A program made the position numbers and the translations under genes. A stretch of 64,000 nt of DNA. It comes from a virus (taxonomy: Duplodnaviria; Caudoviricetes). Positions within the stretch are counted from its first letter, which is position 1. Every line of letters begins with the position of its first letter. Shown here piece by piece: positions 1-9,507 of this stretch. Location: the IMG/VR virus record IMGVR_UViG_3300031524_000008, positions 614 to 64,613 of that record; one strand, given 5' to 3'. Under the pieces are notes generated by a model. The model ran no database searches, was not told where the DNA came from, and was given only the letters and a program-made list of their open reading frames with translations.

Positions 1-111
1 GGTCTAAATCGAGCAAACTTTTGATGATTGGTTCCATGACGTTTACTTTATTGTTTTTTTATTCAATGTCAAGAGGTTTTTAAATTCCCCGTTTTCAAAC
101 CGAGACGAGAT

Positions 112-309
112 TTACAAGTCAAGCACTCGTTCCGTTTTTCTTATCAGTGTCTCTTTCTGAACGTAGCACTTCTTTATATCTGCCTCAGCACGAAGCATTT
201 TTGCAGTGGCTCGCGCTTGCTTTAAGGTCGGCTGGACACACGCATAATCAGGGCCATGTTTGCGAGTAGCGATGACTCGAAAATCGACGCGAAGGATTTT
301 CTTTTTCAT
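112..309 (-). CDS. hypothetical protein
   Basis: ORF in tightly packed minus-strand run. Confidence 0.6.
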   Translation of the reverse strand: MKKKILRVDFRVIATRKHGPDYACVQPTLKQARATAKMLRAEADIKKCYVQKETLIRKTERVLDL

Positions 310-704
310 TACTTAGTAATGTTATATTCGTGTAGGAAGGGAGGCACAACAAGGTCGGTTTCCTCTTGCCCAAAGTAATTCTTACTTATCGTTACTTGGC
401 TATCTTGCCAATTCGGTGTAGGAGTGCCGCTAACTTCAAAAATGCGAGGGGTCACACCCTTCATCTTTAGAACTTCCAAATGTTCCTCAGAAGTTTCTAG
501 GTGATACCACTGATAACCTGACTGCAAGGGCTCTGTACATATTGGCGTTTCCCAACAGAATGCAAACAACCAAATTACTAATGCGCCAATCATAAGAAGC
601 ATAACGGACTTCCCTTTAGTGCGGGTGTTAAATTTTCCCCAGCGAATTAAATTAATCAGTACGCCTAGCCAAACGAATATTGCGATAGTGATAGTGGTGT
701 GCAT
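309..704 (-). CDS. hypothetical membrane protein
   Basis: two N-terminal hydrophobic segments; abuts neighbours. Confidence 0.65.
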   Translation of the reverse strand: MHTTITIAIFVWLGVLINLIRWGKFNTRTKGKSVMLLMIGALVIWLFAFCWETPICTEPLQSGYQWYHLETSEEHLEVLKMKGVTPRIFEVSGTPTPNWQDSQVTISKNYFGQEETDLVVPPFLHEYNITK

Positions 705-710
705 ATTATT

Positions 711-1598
711 TTACTTGTTGATTTTTTCGATACGCTTGCTCTCTTCACCCCACTCGATAAGCGGGCATTCACGAGTGTAGAGCATTCCAACGGTTTCCTT
801 AATAAATCCGAACACATTACCGACGCACTCAAGGATTTTGTTCGCTACACAATCCTCCGATATGTCTTCCTCATACTTGCTAGGCTTTTCAGGGATAGAG
901 GACCACTTTAGTTTTACTTTACCAAACAGGGTACTCAACAAGGAGACTACGATAGCAGCAGCCAACGATAAACCTAATAGTTCTCCACATCCTATTACAA
1001 CACCCCACGTAATCTGTCGGATAAATAACCACGAAACCCTTAATACTACATATCCCACAGCGAGCGCAAGCAAGAATAGGATAGGCTTAACGATAAATCC
1101 GCTAAGATAGGCGAACTTCTTGATAGAGGCTTGGAGTTTAGCCTGACGCTGGAGCTTCTTCTCTTCACGCTCGATAGCTCGGTCGCGCTTTACGATTAAA
1201 GATTTGGCGATGTCTTCCCAATTAGGAGTTACTGCTATCCACGCTCTAACATCATCGGCCATATATGAATTGAAGTTAATAAGCTCACTTTCAGAGGGTT
1301 TCGGATTGCTGTTCAATTTTTCGTAGTAGGCTATAATATACCTGTCCCTAGGACGCTCCACCTTTTTTGCTTTCTGCGGGGACGAAACGGGCCAGCACGA
1401 TACGACGAGATTTGTAAGGAATTCAAAAAACTTCCCAACCAAAACCAACGGTGAGATAAAAATGCACAACCATGTAAACCAGAAAAACGGACAGTAGCCG
1501 ACGAACGTTGGAGTCCTCTTGCCAAAGCTCCATTTTTGGACATTGCACATCCAGCCATTTTTGTTGATTTGCTTGCGGTATTTTCTTTCTGTATTCAT
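711..1598 (-). CDS. hypothetical membrane protein
   Basis: 295 aa, hydrophobic segments and coiled coil; sigma70-like TTGACA upstream. Confidence 0.75.
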   Translation of the reverse strand: MNTERKYRKQINKNGWMCNVQKWSFGKRTPTFVGYCPFFWFTWLCIFISPLVLVGKFFEFLTNLVVSCWPVSSPQKAKKVERPRDRYIIAYYEKLNSNPKPSESELINFNSYMADDVRAWIAVTPNWEDIAKSLIVKRDRAIEREEKKLQRQAKLQASIKKFAYLSGFIVKPILFLLALAVGYVVLRVSWLFIRQITWGVVIGCGELLGLSLAAAIVVSLLSTLFGKVKLKWSSIPEKPSKYEEDISEDCVANKILECVGNVFGFIKETVGMLYTRECPLIEWGEESKRIEKINK

Positions 1599-1638
1599 AG
1601 GTATGGGTTTATTCTGAGGTTGTTTTTTGAAATGTCAA

Positions 1639-2247
1639 TTACTTTTGTTGAAAATAGCTGCTCTGTTTGCCACGAATACCTCGATAAGACATATTTGCGT
1701 CACTGTACGCACTCCATACGTCGTTATCGTAAAATTCGCTAATAGCTTTTACAAAGAACGGTATGTCTCTTTCTGCTGAAAGCGGACGAAAATGATTCAC
1801 GTCAACGCCGACATTGATGGAGTTCAATTGGAACTTCCATGCTCCATGAATATGTCCTACTAAATTAAAATAATCCCTACGAGCCAAGCTTGGATAATGA
1901 ACCAAATAGAAAGGATTAATAGACACACCGGGGCACGGATTCAAACCTTCACCATCGGGTACGATTGTTTCAAAGTAAGGCGCTAAGTCGTTATCTGAAA
2001 ATACCCTATCGTGATTACCACGAATAAGAATCTTGCGTCCGTTAAACTCCTTCACGAACGGCAACCAATGCGGAGCCTTTTGATAACAAACATCGCCTAC
2101 AACATAAACTAGGTCATCAGGCGATACTAAAGCGTTATGGTTTGTTTTGAGTACGTCGCCCATTTCCTCGGGCGTCCCAAAAGGGCGTTGCATAATCTCG
2201 AAGCGGTCTTCCCCCAAATGCCAGTCAGCAGTAATCCATGTTTGCAT
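1639..2247 (-). CDS. calcineurin-like metallophosphoesterase
   Basis: DWH, GD, GNHD, GHIH motifs. Confidence 0.9.
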   Translation of the reverse strand: MQTWITADWHLGEDRFEIMQRPFGTPEEMGDVLKTNHNALVSPDDLVYVVGDVCYQKAPHWLPFVKEFNGRKILIRGNHDRVFSDNDLAPYFETIVPDGEGLNPCPGVSINPFYLVHYPSLARRDYFNLVGHIHGAWKFQLNSINVGVDVNHFRPLSAERDIPFFVKAISEFYDNDVWSAYSDANMSYRGIRGKQSSYFQQK

Positions 2248-2287
2248 ATGACGTATATTTTGAGGTTATTTTTCGGAAAGTCAACGA

Positions 2288-3982
2288 TTATTTCATACTC
2301 AGGTTGTAAACAGAGTCGCCGTTGACAACATAAATTTTGTTTCCCCACGAGTAAAGGGACTGGTTGCTGGTAAGAGGGGACTCTAAAATCGTCTTTACTG
2401 CCGAGTTGTCGTAGAAAAGTTCAATCGAATCGCCATTAGCGGCGACACAAAGCCCTTTGTCCAGCACTGTAAAATTAACATCCTGCACAACAACATTTGA
2501 TTCTACCCGAATCGCGTACGTCGAAACAGATTTATCAAAAATGAGAGTCTGCCGCTCATAAACGCCCTTATCTTCTGCGATTACGATAGCAACCCCATTC
2601 ATGTATTTCGCGTCAACAATACGCTTTCCATCCAATTCAGGAACGTGGATAGTTTTAGAGGCTCCGACCTTATAAGGAATCGCTATGCGGCATGTGCCGA
2701 GCATATCTTGAACGACCATTCCATCGAATATCTTATGGGTATCAATGATGTTTGCGACGATTTGTTTTGAGACTACAACTTTAGCACCGAGATTAGAAAA
2801 CGTCATTTCAACCAAGCTACCATGAATAACAACATAAAGTCTTCGGTTAGCTATAAAGTATCCATTTGTACTTATTACAGCGGATTCGGTGCCTTTAAAG
2901 TTAATATACGATAGCTTACCAGTCAAACTATTAAAGGACAAAGAGTATGGCAAATCCCCTTGAACGGGAATAAAATCGTGTTGAATACGCTTCTCTGTAT
3001 AACCTGTCGCTGGCGTTAATGAGGCTATTTTCTTAGAACCAATATGGATTCCTGTTGCGCAATAAGCGCAGATAGAACCATCTATATCACGAATCGCGCC
3101 AATAATCCCGCCATATTGGCGGAATAAGGTTAATTCAAATTTTGCATTCGACGCAATAATTTTTGTTTGTACTGGTCCAGTAGTAATAACAACTTGGTCG
3201 GGGTCAGGTGGAGCAATACGTTCGCCATACTCAAATACCTTCTCGAACCATTTTAAATGTCCCTTTGGGATTACGGACCAGTCCTGACAGTTAGGAGGCA
3301 GCGAGGACTTCTTATTAAACACGCTTACGCCCGCATCCATCATTGCTTGCCAATCACGACCGAAATCAGGATGGCGACCTTTATAAGGGTGTGTACCCAT
3401 GTATAGCTCGAACATTACAATCGCCCAACTATACCAGTCGCTTGATTCTGTAAACTTATTACCAGATACTTTAGGGTCGCGAATCGAATCCATTATAGCT
3501 GTAGCTTTGTAAGATGGCGTTTGCCAAGAATCCGTATCAATATGATAATATTCATCAAAGGTTGCGTTGGTCAAAAAATTGAAGGGGTTATAATCTACCA
3601 CTAAAAACTTCTGAGAGTGAATAGTTTTCAATGTATCTTGCGCCCGTTTAACTAGGTCGGCAATATTTTGCGAAGATATACCGTTCTTATCTCTAAACCC
3701 TTTCGTAAAAAGTCTACAAAGGTATTCTGTTTTCGAAACGAAGGGCATAGAGAACCCTATTGGTTGCCCTTTTATGTCATAAATTACATCTGAGGGCGTA
3801 AGAACATTAGGTAATTTTAGTTGGCTTAATTCCTGAATTTTACCCACAGGAATCATTTTAGATGGGTCGTGGTAAATTTTATAGGCGGTCAAATGCTTCT
3901 TAAAAACCTGAGCTTCACCGCCCTGAGCGAGGTAGTCGTTCTGGTGTAATTCGATTTTTTGATTATTTATCAGTATTTTCAC
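2288..3982 (-). CDS. Ser/Thr protein kinase (TerY-P triad / YegI-like)
   Basis: AQGGEAQV Gly loop, AYKIY Lys, DYNPFN catalytic loop, IDTDSW; beta-rich C-terminus. Confidence 0.8.
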   Translation of the reverse strand: MKILINNQKIELHQNDYLAQGGEAQVFKKHLTAYKIYHDPSKMIPVGKIQELSQLKLPNVLTPSDVIYDIKGQPIGFSMPFVSKTEYLCRLFTKGFRDKNGISSQNIADLVKRAQDTLKTIHSQKFLVVDYNPFNFLTNATFDEYYHIDTDSWQTPSYKATAIMDSIRDPKVSGNKFTESSDWYSWAIVMFELYMGTHPYKGRHPDFGRDWQAMMDAGVSVFNKKSSLPPNCQDWSVIPKGHLKWFEKVFEYGERIAPPDPDQVVITTGPVQTKIIASNAKFELTLFRQYGGIIGAIRDIDGSICAYCATGIHIGSKKIASLTPATGYTEKRIQHDFIPVQGDLPYSLSFNSLTGKLSYINFKGTESAVISTNGYFIANRRLYVVIHGSLVEMTFSNLGAKVVVSKQIVANIIDTHKIFDGMVVQDMLGTCRIAIPYKVGASKTIHVPELDGKRIVDAKYMNGVAIVIAEDKGVYERQTLIFDKSVSTYAIRVESNVVVQDVNFTVLDKGLCVAANGDSIELFYDNSAVKTILESPLTSNQSLYSWGNKIYVVNGDSVYNLSMK

Positions 3983-4031
3983 TCGGTTCGGTGTTCTAAG
4001 AAATAAACTTCGAGTTTTAAATTCTTCGCGC

Positions 4032-4253
4032 TTATAGCGTACAAATTACTCGTGGGTGTTTAACCTCTGGTGCAGATATAACTCCAGCAATAGAGTCGCA
4101 TTTAATACATGCCATAGGTGCTGGCAATGGTGCTGCCATCCTCGCAAGTCTTTTTGCTTTAATCGGAGAGTTGGCAGCTACTAAAAATACAGAGAACATT
4201 TCCCCTCGTCCATATTGTACTCTAACACGATATATAGAAAAGTATTTAGTCAT
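4032..4253 (-). CDS. hypothetical protein
   Basis: ORF in operon. Confidence 0.55.
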   Translation of the reverse strand: MTKYFSIYRVRVQYGRGEMFSVFLVAANSPIKAKRLARMAAPLPAPMACIKCDSIAGVISAPEVKHPRVICTL

Positions 4254-4644
4254 TATATTTTATAAATTCCTTTTCTAATATAGCTCGTTTAATAGCTGTT
4301 TCTAATCCTCCACAACTAAACATAGGAGGACTTACTTTTCCACTAACTATATCTCGGGCTTGAGGCATAAAACTTTCAATCCAGTCTTCCGAGCATAAAT
4401 TATAAGACTCTAAATCAGAAGAAGTAACAACAATATCGGGATTGATTTCCCATTTACGACCGCCGCATACGAAAGGGTTGTTTCTATTTATAAAAGCTTG
4501 ATATACCTCCGAATCATCGACCTTCGACTTAACTAGGTCGCACATTATACGGTCCCGTCCCAAAGTATAATAGACGACACAATGTTTGCAGTGAATACAA
4601 AGTCGTTTCTCTACCTCGGATTTGGATACGTAGGAATTAGGCAT
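4246..4644 (-). CDS. hypothetical Cys-rich protein
   Basis: CxxCxxC motif, translationally coupled. Confidence 0.6.
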   Translation of the reverse strand: MPNSYVSKSEVEKRLCIHCKHCVVYYTLGRDRIMCDLVKSKVDDSEVYQAFINRNNPFVCGGRKWEINPDIVVTSSDLESYNLCSEDWIESFMPQARDIVSGKVSPPMFSCGGLETAIKRAILEKEFIKYND

Positions 4645-5465
4645 TATACAAAAGAGATTGCCGCTGCTGAAATGTCGTCAAAGTGGGTATTGCCTTTAGC
4701 TTTGGTATCTTTGCGGAACCGCATCATACGGCGCTGTACAAAGTCTCCAGTCAAAGATTTAAAACTTGTAAATTCTTTCTCAACGCTCAAAGGAGCATCC
4801 GTGGTTCCAACAGTAAAACTATCTAATCCATCACTAGACACAAGAACAAAATCTATATCAGGGTTCGAATATTCCTGATAGAAGCTCTCCTTCGCATCAA
4901 AAGATTCGCCGCCAGCTATTCCCCCAGCGTCGTTTTCACCAGCAAGGATTTCAGTATAGCTTCTAACGATACCAAGATTTGTTCCGAATTCTTTTATGTA
5001 TTCATCAACGCGTCCGTCTCCTATACGATACGCTAAATAGAACGGTGCGCCACTTGGATAGTTGACGCTGTAGTGGTTAGTCGCGTAACCGCGCTTAACA
5101 AAAATATGTCCATCGCCCCACATATGAAGCCTTAGTATATCTTCTTTTTTTGAATATACAGCAGCAACCAACGTTGCGTTCAAACTCCTAAGCGACAAGC
5201 CTAGCTCACGCCCAACGGTTTTTATTTTACTGATTGTGAATTCTTCAATAAAATCGTTCGTAGGCTTACCCCCAACAGATACTATTGAATCGGTCGCTTT
5301 AACAAAAGCTTCCGCTACGATACGAGCGCCTACATCGCTCTTGGGAGAATCTGAACATCCGTCCGATACTACAGCATACACGATATTGTCCGTCTCGCCA
5401 CTTATACTGTAATCTTGGCAGATTTCGTGCTTGTGACCCTGTTCGAAGTAACAGTCGGTATTCAT
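4644..5465 (-). CDS. PP2C-family protein phosphatase
   Basis: CQD, VSDGCS, GDG, SSDG, DDIS motifs. Confidence 0.88.
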   Translation of the reverse strand: MNTDCYFEQGHKHEICQDYSISGETDNIVYAVVSDGCSDSPKSDVGARIVAEAFVKATDSIVSVGGKPTNDFIEEFTISKIKTVGRELGLSLRSLNATLVAAVYSKKEDILRLHMWGDGHIFVKRGYATNHYSVNYPSGAPFYLAYRIGDGRVDEYIKEFGTNLGIVRSYTEILAGENDAGGIAGGESFDAKESFYQEYSNPDIDFVLVSSDGLDSFTVGTTDAPLSVEKEFTSFKSLTGDFVQRRMMRFRKDTKAKGNTHFDDISAAAISFV

Positions 5466-5797
5466 TTGTTGTAATCGTCGCCCGATTCTTTCTTTTTCTC
5501 GAAAGTCCAGTTCGCTTCGTAACTCTCGTTGTATCCCGGCTTGTTATACTCTACATCCCATCCTGCTGCCCGATAGATAGGCTCAACATCCATCCAATGT
5601 TCATCAAAAATACGACGACGAATATTTTGTTCCACCATTTTTGATTCGATGGCTGCAATAATTTCGTCCTGTCCGAAACGCGATGAATGACCTGTCCAAT
5701 GCTTGGCAATAGTCTCATTGAAAGCCTCGAACACCTGCTCAGGGGTTACTCTTTCTTTTAGAGAGACGACTTCGGAAGGTTTAATTGGTCCGCTCAT
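5462..5797 (-). CDS. hypothetical phage protein
   Basis: ATGA overlap with neighbours. Confidence 0.7.
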   Translation of the reverse strand: MSGPIKPSEVVSLKERVTPEQVFEAFNETIAKHWTGHSSRFGQDEIIAAIESKMVEQNIRRRIFDEHWMDVEPIYRAAGWDVEYNKPGYNESYEANWTFEKKKESGDDYNK

Positions 5798-6186
5798 AGT
5801 TTCCTTAGAGTATCAGAAATTTTCCGACATGCAAGACCCATTTCTTCCCAATGAGTATTGCGAGGCAATGAAGCGTTCCAGTCGAAGCCGCCCTTACGAA
5901 TCGTATCTAAAAGAGCGCGAGCGTCTTCCTTAACGGCCTCAAGTTCTGACGTAAGAAACAACGTTTTCTCGTAACTATCACGTACGATAGTACACGCATC
6001 ATCAAACGGATTTGCGCTTTTTTCAAGAAGCTTTTTAGCAGTCTCTAAGTCTTCCAAAATCTCTTCCGGCTTGACCGCAGTATTAATTTTTTTGGCGTAG
6101 TATGCCTTACGGAACTCTTCGAAGGCAAACTCGCTGTGGAAGTGCGTCCCCTTCCACAACTTAAATAAATAAGATTCAGGAATCAT
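5794..6186 (-). CDS. hypothetical protein
   Basis: ATGA overlaps. Confidence 0.65.
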   Translation of the reverse strand: MIPESYLFKLWKGTHFHSEFAFEEFRKAYYAKKINTAVKPEEILEDLETAKKLLEKSANPFDDACTIVRDSYEKTLFLTSELEAVKEDARALLDTIRKGGFDWNASLPRNTHWEEMGLACRKISDTLRKL

Positions 6187-6365
6187 TTTTCTCCTTTCGA
6201 CATCAGGCTATGAACCGCAGAAGTAATATTTCCCCGAATCACGGTCGCGTCTTGTATAGACTTAACGGTAATATAATGTTCATCATCTAACACCTTACAT
6301 CCACTATCCTCGACAAGGACTTCTCCATTGTCGTTATAAAGGGTTGCTTTAACAATGAGTTTCAC
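6183..6365 (-). CDS. hypothetical protein
   Basis: ATGA overlap. Confidence 0.55.
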   Translation of the reverse strand: MKLIVKATLYNDNGEVLVEDSGCKVLDDEHYITVKSIQDATVIRGNITSAVHSLMSKGEK

Positions 6366-6369
6366 AATA

Positions 6370-7107
6370 TTAAAAAGAAAGATTCTTACTCAAACCACCC
6401 GTTCCAAGCGCTTGACTACTGGAAGAGACACTTCGGCTAATGAAACCGCCCATCTTCGCCAGACTATTAGGAGTCGCATCACCAATCCATACGAACTGGT
6501 CAAGAGCAGCTTCATTCTTGAAATTGTCAAGGTATGTCTGCACGCGAGCGTTATCTCCAACCCCGATAAGAATTGTCTTTAAGGACTCAAGCTTTTCGGA
6601 TACCTTTACAGCGGTAATAGCGCTTTTGATTTTAGCGGGCGTACCAGTACGGGAACCTTGGTTGTCTCCGTCTGTAATCCAAATTGCCAACGCGTTAACA
6701 CGGTATTCCATGTTATCTAATTGGGTCGCGTATTGACCAATGGACTCGATACTCTCCAATCCCATATCATAAAGAACAGTACAACCGCCAGTATGAATCT
6801 TGTAATTAGCAATGTCAACGTCAGCCAATGGAATATAACCATGGATTTCAACGATGTCGCTCGCGAAGGTGCTAACACGAAGCAGGATGCGGTCAACATT
6901 AGGACTCTTTTGGAGAGCTTCGACAGCAGTTTTAACCGCTTTTTCAAGGTCATCTTCGAATCCTTGAACAGAAGAAGATGCGTCGATTTTGATGTCAACG
7001 ATTGTATATTCGCTGCCGGTTAGGTCTTCGGGGCGCTTTGCAGAGAATCCGAAGTTAGAGATAGTTTGCTGAACGATTGTGTCCGGTTGATTTAGAAGTT
7101 TAGGCAT
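6370..7107 (-). CDS. von Willebrand factor A domain protein (TerY-like)
   Basis: MIDAS DASSS, GCT, ITDG, IGVG. Confidence 0.85.
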   Translation of the reverse strand: MPKLLNQPDTIVQQTISNFGFSAKRPEDLTGSEYTIVDIKIDASSSVQGFEDDLEKAVKTAVEALQKSPNVDRILLRVSTFASDIVEIHGYIPLADVDIANYKIHTGGCTVLYDMGLESIESIGQYATQLDNMEYRVNALAIWITDGDNQGSRTGTPAKIKSAITAVKVSEKLESLKTILIGVGDNARVQTYLDNFKNEAALDQFVWIGDATPNSLAKMGGFISRSVSSSSQALGTGGLSKNLSF

Positions 7108-7144
7108 AGTATTAGTTTATTAGTTTTTTATATTCCGTCAAGAG

Positions 7145-7351
7145 TTATTCGATGAATCCCCAACTGCGTAGTTCCATTTCTTGTTCTTCTTTAGAAGCTC
7201 GTTGCTTATTTTCTCCAAGGTTATAGTACGTACCAACATAGCCATATCTGTCGCCAGTTTCCTTATTGAAAACTTCTGCCCGCCAATACTCTCCCAATGC
7301 ATCGGTCTTCCACTCGATAGTACCGAGCGTACATTCATTTTTGTTAGCCAT
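7145..7351 (-). CDS. hypothetical protein
   Basis: ORF in operon. Confidence 0.55.
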   Translation of the reverse strand: MANKNECTLGTIEWKTDALGEYWRAEVFNKETGDRYGYVGTYYNLGENKQRASKEEQEMELRSWGFIE

Positions 7352-7357
7352 ATGTTT

Positions 7358-7537
7358 TTAGTTTATTGGTTGGAAGTTTTCGTTAGTTAGTATTTCGGGT
7401 TTCGGGTTTCGGAAACACCATGGCAGACGTTCCTTTGTCCTGATAACTACGTAAGGAGTTATGATAAAATGTGGGGCACGCATTGACTTACGGCGATATG
7501 GAACACCAAATTTATTGTATCCGTATTCGTAATTCAT
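7358..7537 (-). CDS. hypothetical protein (start at ATG 7537)
   Basis: ATG follows the duplicated pncA stop. Confidence 0.5.
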   Translation of the reverse strand: MNYEYGYNKFGVPYRRKSMRAPHFIITPYVVIRTKERLPWCFRNPKPEILTNENFQPIN

Positions 7538-7832
7538 ATTAAAAGTCCGTGGTTTTTGCAATACGCATTCCCTTTGGCATCGAAAAGATTTCGTATAGTG
7601 TCATTTTAATTTTAGGTGAATTGATTGAATCATATGAGACGCAAAGGAATCGGGTTCAACCGAAAATTCTGTAGGGTTCATTCCAAACGGTATAGAATAT
7701 TTTTCAAGTTCGTCTGCTAGAACTTTCAATTGACAATATTCTGCTTGGCTATCGCCTTCAATTATTAATCCTTTATCACCGGGCCAGAATCTCATATTAA
7801 AAATCCGTGGTTTTTGCAATGCGCATGCCCTT
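7534..7832. repeat. 41-bp direct repeat (7534-7574 and 7792-7832) duplicating the pncA 3' end
   Basis: tcatattaaaa(g/a)tccgtggtttttgcaat(a/g)cgcat(t/g)ccctt, 3 mismatches. Confidence 0.9.
7601..7795 (-). CDS. hypothetical protein (start at ATG 7795)
   Basis: lies between the two repeat copies. Confidence 0.55.
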   Translation of the reverse strand: MRFWPGDKGLIIEGDSQAEYCQLKVLADELEKYSIPFGMNPTEFSVEPDSFASHMIQSIHLKLK

Positions 7833-8609
7833 GGCGACAAGCTCTTTAACGAACGAGTCGGCCATATCAGCAAACATAGTGCTCCCCGGAAGGTCGCCTA
7901 CGGGACTCGAAGCGTCCTCAAGAAGAACGAACTTCTTAACGTGCTCGTCACCAAACTCTGCGGCGATGTCGCGAACAGAATTAGCAACGCAGTGACTCAA
8001 CGCCTCACCAGCAATCCAAATTTCATCAGCGGTTTGAAGACGATTAATAAAGCTCGTGTTCAAATCGGTGCTGGGGTCTTCGGGGTCGATGACATCAGCC
8101 TTGACGACCGAATAGTGCTCTGTAAAAGGATTACTGCCTTTAGTAACATAATCCACCATCGCGAACTGGTCCTGCCACTCACGAAGCGCGGGCTGGAGAA
8201 TTGGGTGGATACGATGACCGTCCGTACCAATAAGGCAATGCGGGGGCCAAATAACGAGAACATAACGCTGCCCTGCCGCGAGAGCGTTAACGTATGCGAC
8301 TTGGCGAGTCTGCCAAGCGGGATTGAATGCACGCCACTTAGGAGCGGTGCCCGTAACGTCCGCTACGGTAATCATGGTGAAAGGGTCAGGGTGCTTACCT
8401 GCTGCGTCCACCCAACAAATAGGGTGCGCGATGTGGACAGGTTGGTGAGAATCGAGAGTGACGCGAATATCGTCAATACGGTCCTTGTTACGGCTGATTA
8501 GCTTCGCAAGACGTTCGAGGTCTTTCTCGGCTCCTCCTACGTAGAGAGCACCTTTAGGGTCGCAGAAGTCGAACTGCGGGTCAATAATGAGCAACTGAAT
8601 ATTTTTCAT
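7797..8609 (-). CDS. pncA: nicotinamidase / isochorismatase-family cysteine hydrolase
   Basis: IIDPQFDF, LDSH, WPPHC, KG, ALSHCV catalytic Cys. Confidence 0.85.
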   Translation of the reverse strand: MKNIQLLIIDPQFDFCDPKGALYVGGAEKDLERLAKLISRNKDRIDDIRVTLDSHQPVHIAHPICWVDAAGKHPDPFTMITVADVTGTAPKWRAFNPAWQTRQVAYVNALAAGQRYVLVIWPPHCLIGTDGHRIHPILQPALREWQDQFAMVDYVTKGSNPFTEHYSVVKADVIDPEDPSTDLNTSFINRLQTADEIWIAGEALSHCVANSVRDIAAEFGDEHVKKFVLLEDASSPVGDLPGSTMFADMADSFVKELVAKGMRIAKTTDF

Positions 8610-8678
8610 ATACGCTTATTTTTAGTGGTTTTTTGAACTTTGTCCAGACAAAAATCGTTTTGCGGTGTAAAATTGTTT

Positions 8679-9497
8679 ATGCAACGCAAATACTATCAAT
8701 GGACGGACGACGAACTAAGTTTACTAACGCGGCTGTATCCGACAGCCGATAAACGGTTTCTAATTGCAAACCTACGAAATCGCAAATGGTCCGCAATACA
8801 GAAAAAGGCACAAAAGCTTGAACTCGCTCGTGAGATTGAGAAGTATAATGATATGTCTGAACTTTTGAAAGAAACTGTAGAGGCATATTATTGGTTGGGA
8901 TTTTTGATGGCAGACGGAAGTTTTACGAAGAACAGGATTTCTTTAGCTATATCAGGCGATGATTTAGACCATCTTAAACGCTTTAGAGAATTTGTCAAGT
9001 CCACAAATACGCTTTCCAAAGTCGGCAACAATTACTACCGCCTCAAATGTACTGACGGCTCAATCGTTAGAGCGCTTCGAGAAAAATTTAATATACATAA
9101 TAATAAAACGCACAACCCCTGTACGCTTTCAGGAATATCAAATCCAGATTTAATGTTTGCTCTATTCATTGGGTTCTTCGACGGGGATGGAAGTCTTTAT
9201 AAGAATAAAAAATGGAATAGTTTTTCTTTATATATAGTAGGCCATCCTGCGTGGCTCGAAAACTTTCAAAGCTTCGGAGAGTTTCTACAACAATACCTAT
9301 CAAAATCTCTTAAATGTCGTCACTGCTGGATAGCTAATAAAACCACATCTGTTCCTCAGAACCCCGAAAAGAAAACTTATAGGCTAGCCCATTTTTCGAT
9401 TACAAATCGCCAGTTCATCGAGGCAATCAAGCGGCGTGCTGACGAATTGGGACTTCCTTATCTCCAGAGAAAATTAGGGGTTCTACAAGAGCGCTAA
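8679..9497 (+). CDS. LAGLIDADG homing endonuclease, free-standing and inverted
   Basis: YWLGFLMADGS and FIGFFDGDGS; GTGTAA-N8-ATG start at 8679. Confidence 0.88.
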   Translation: MQRKYYQWTDDELSLLTRLYPTADKRFLIANLRNRKWSAIQKKAQKLELAREIEKYNDMSELLKETVEAYYWLGFLMADGSFTKNRISLAISGDDLDHLKRFREFVKSTNTLSKVGNNYYRLKCTDGSIVRALREKFNIHNNKTHNPCTLSGISNPDLMFALFIGFFDGDGSLYKNKKWNSFSLYIVGHPAWLENFQSFGEFLQQYLSKSLKCRHCWIANKTTSVPQNPEKKTYRLAHFSITNRQFIEAIKRRADELGLPYLQRKLGVLQER

Positions 9498-9507
9498 AAA
9501 AGATTCC

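Noticed and set aside
7941-8501. 186-aa plus-strand ORF
   Set aside because: Shadow of pncA
8640-9497. Group I intron or intein around the LAGLIDADG genes (also 55574)
   Set aside because: Flanking genes are complete, there is no room for an intron core and no intein termini
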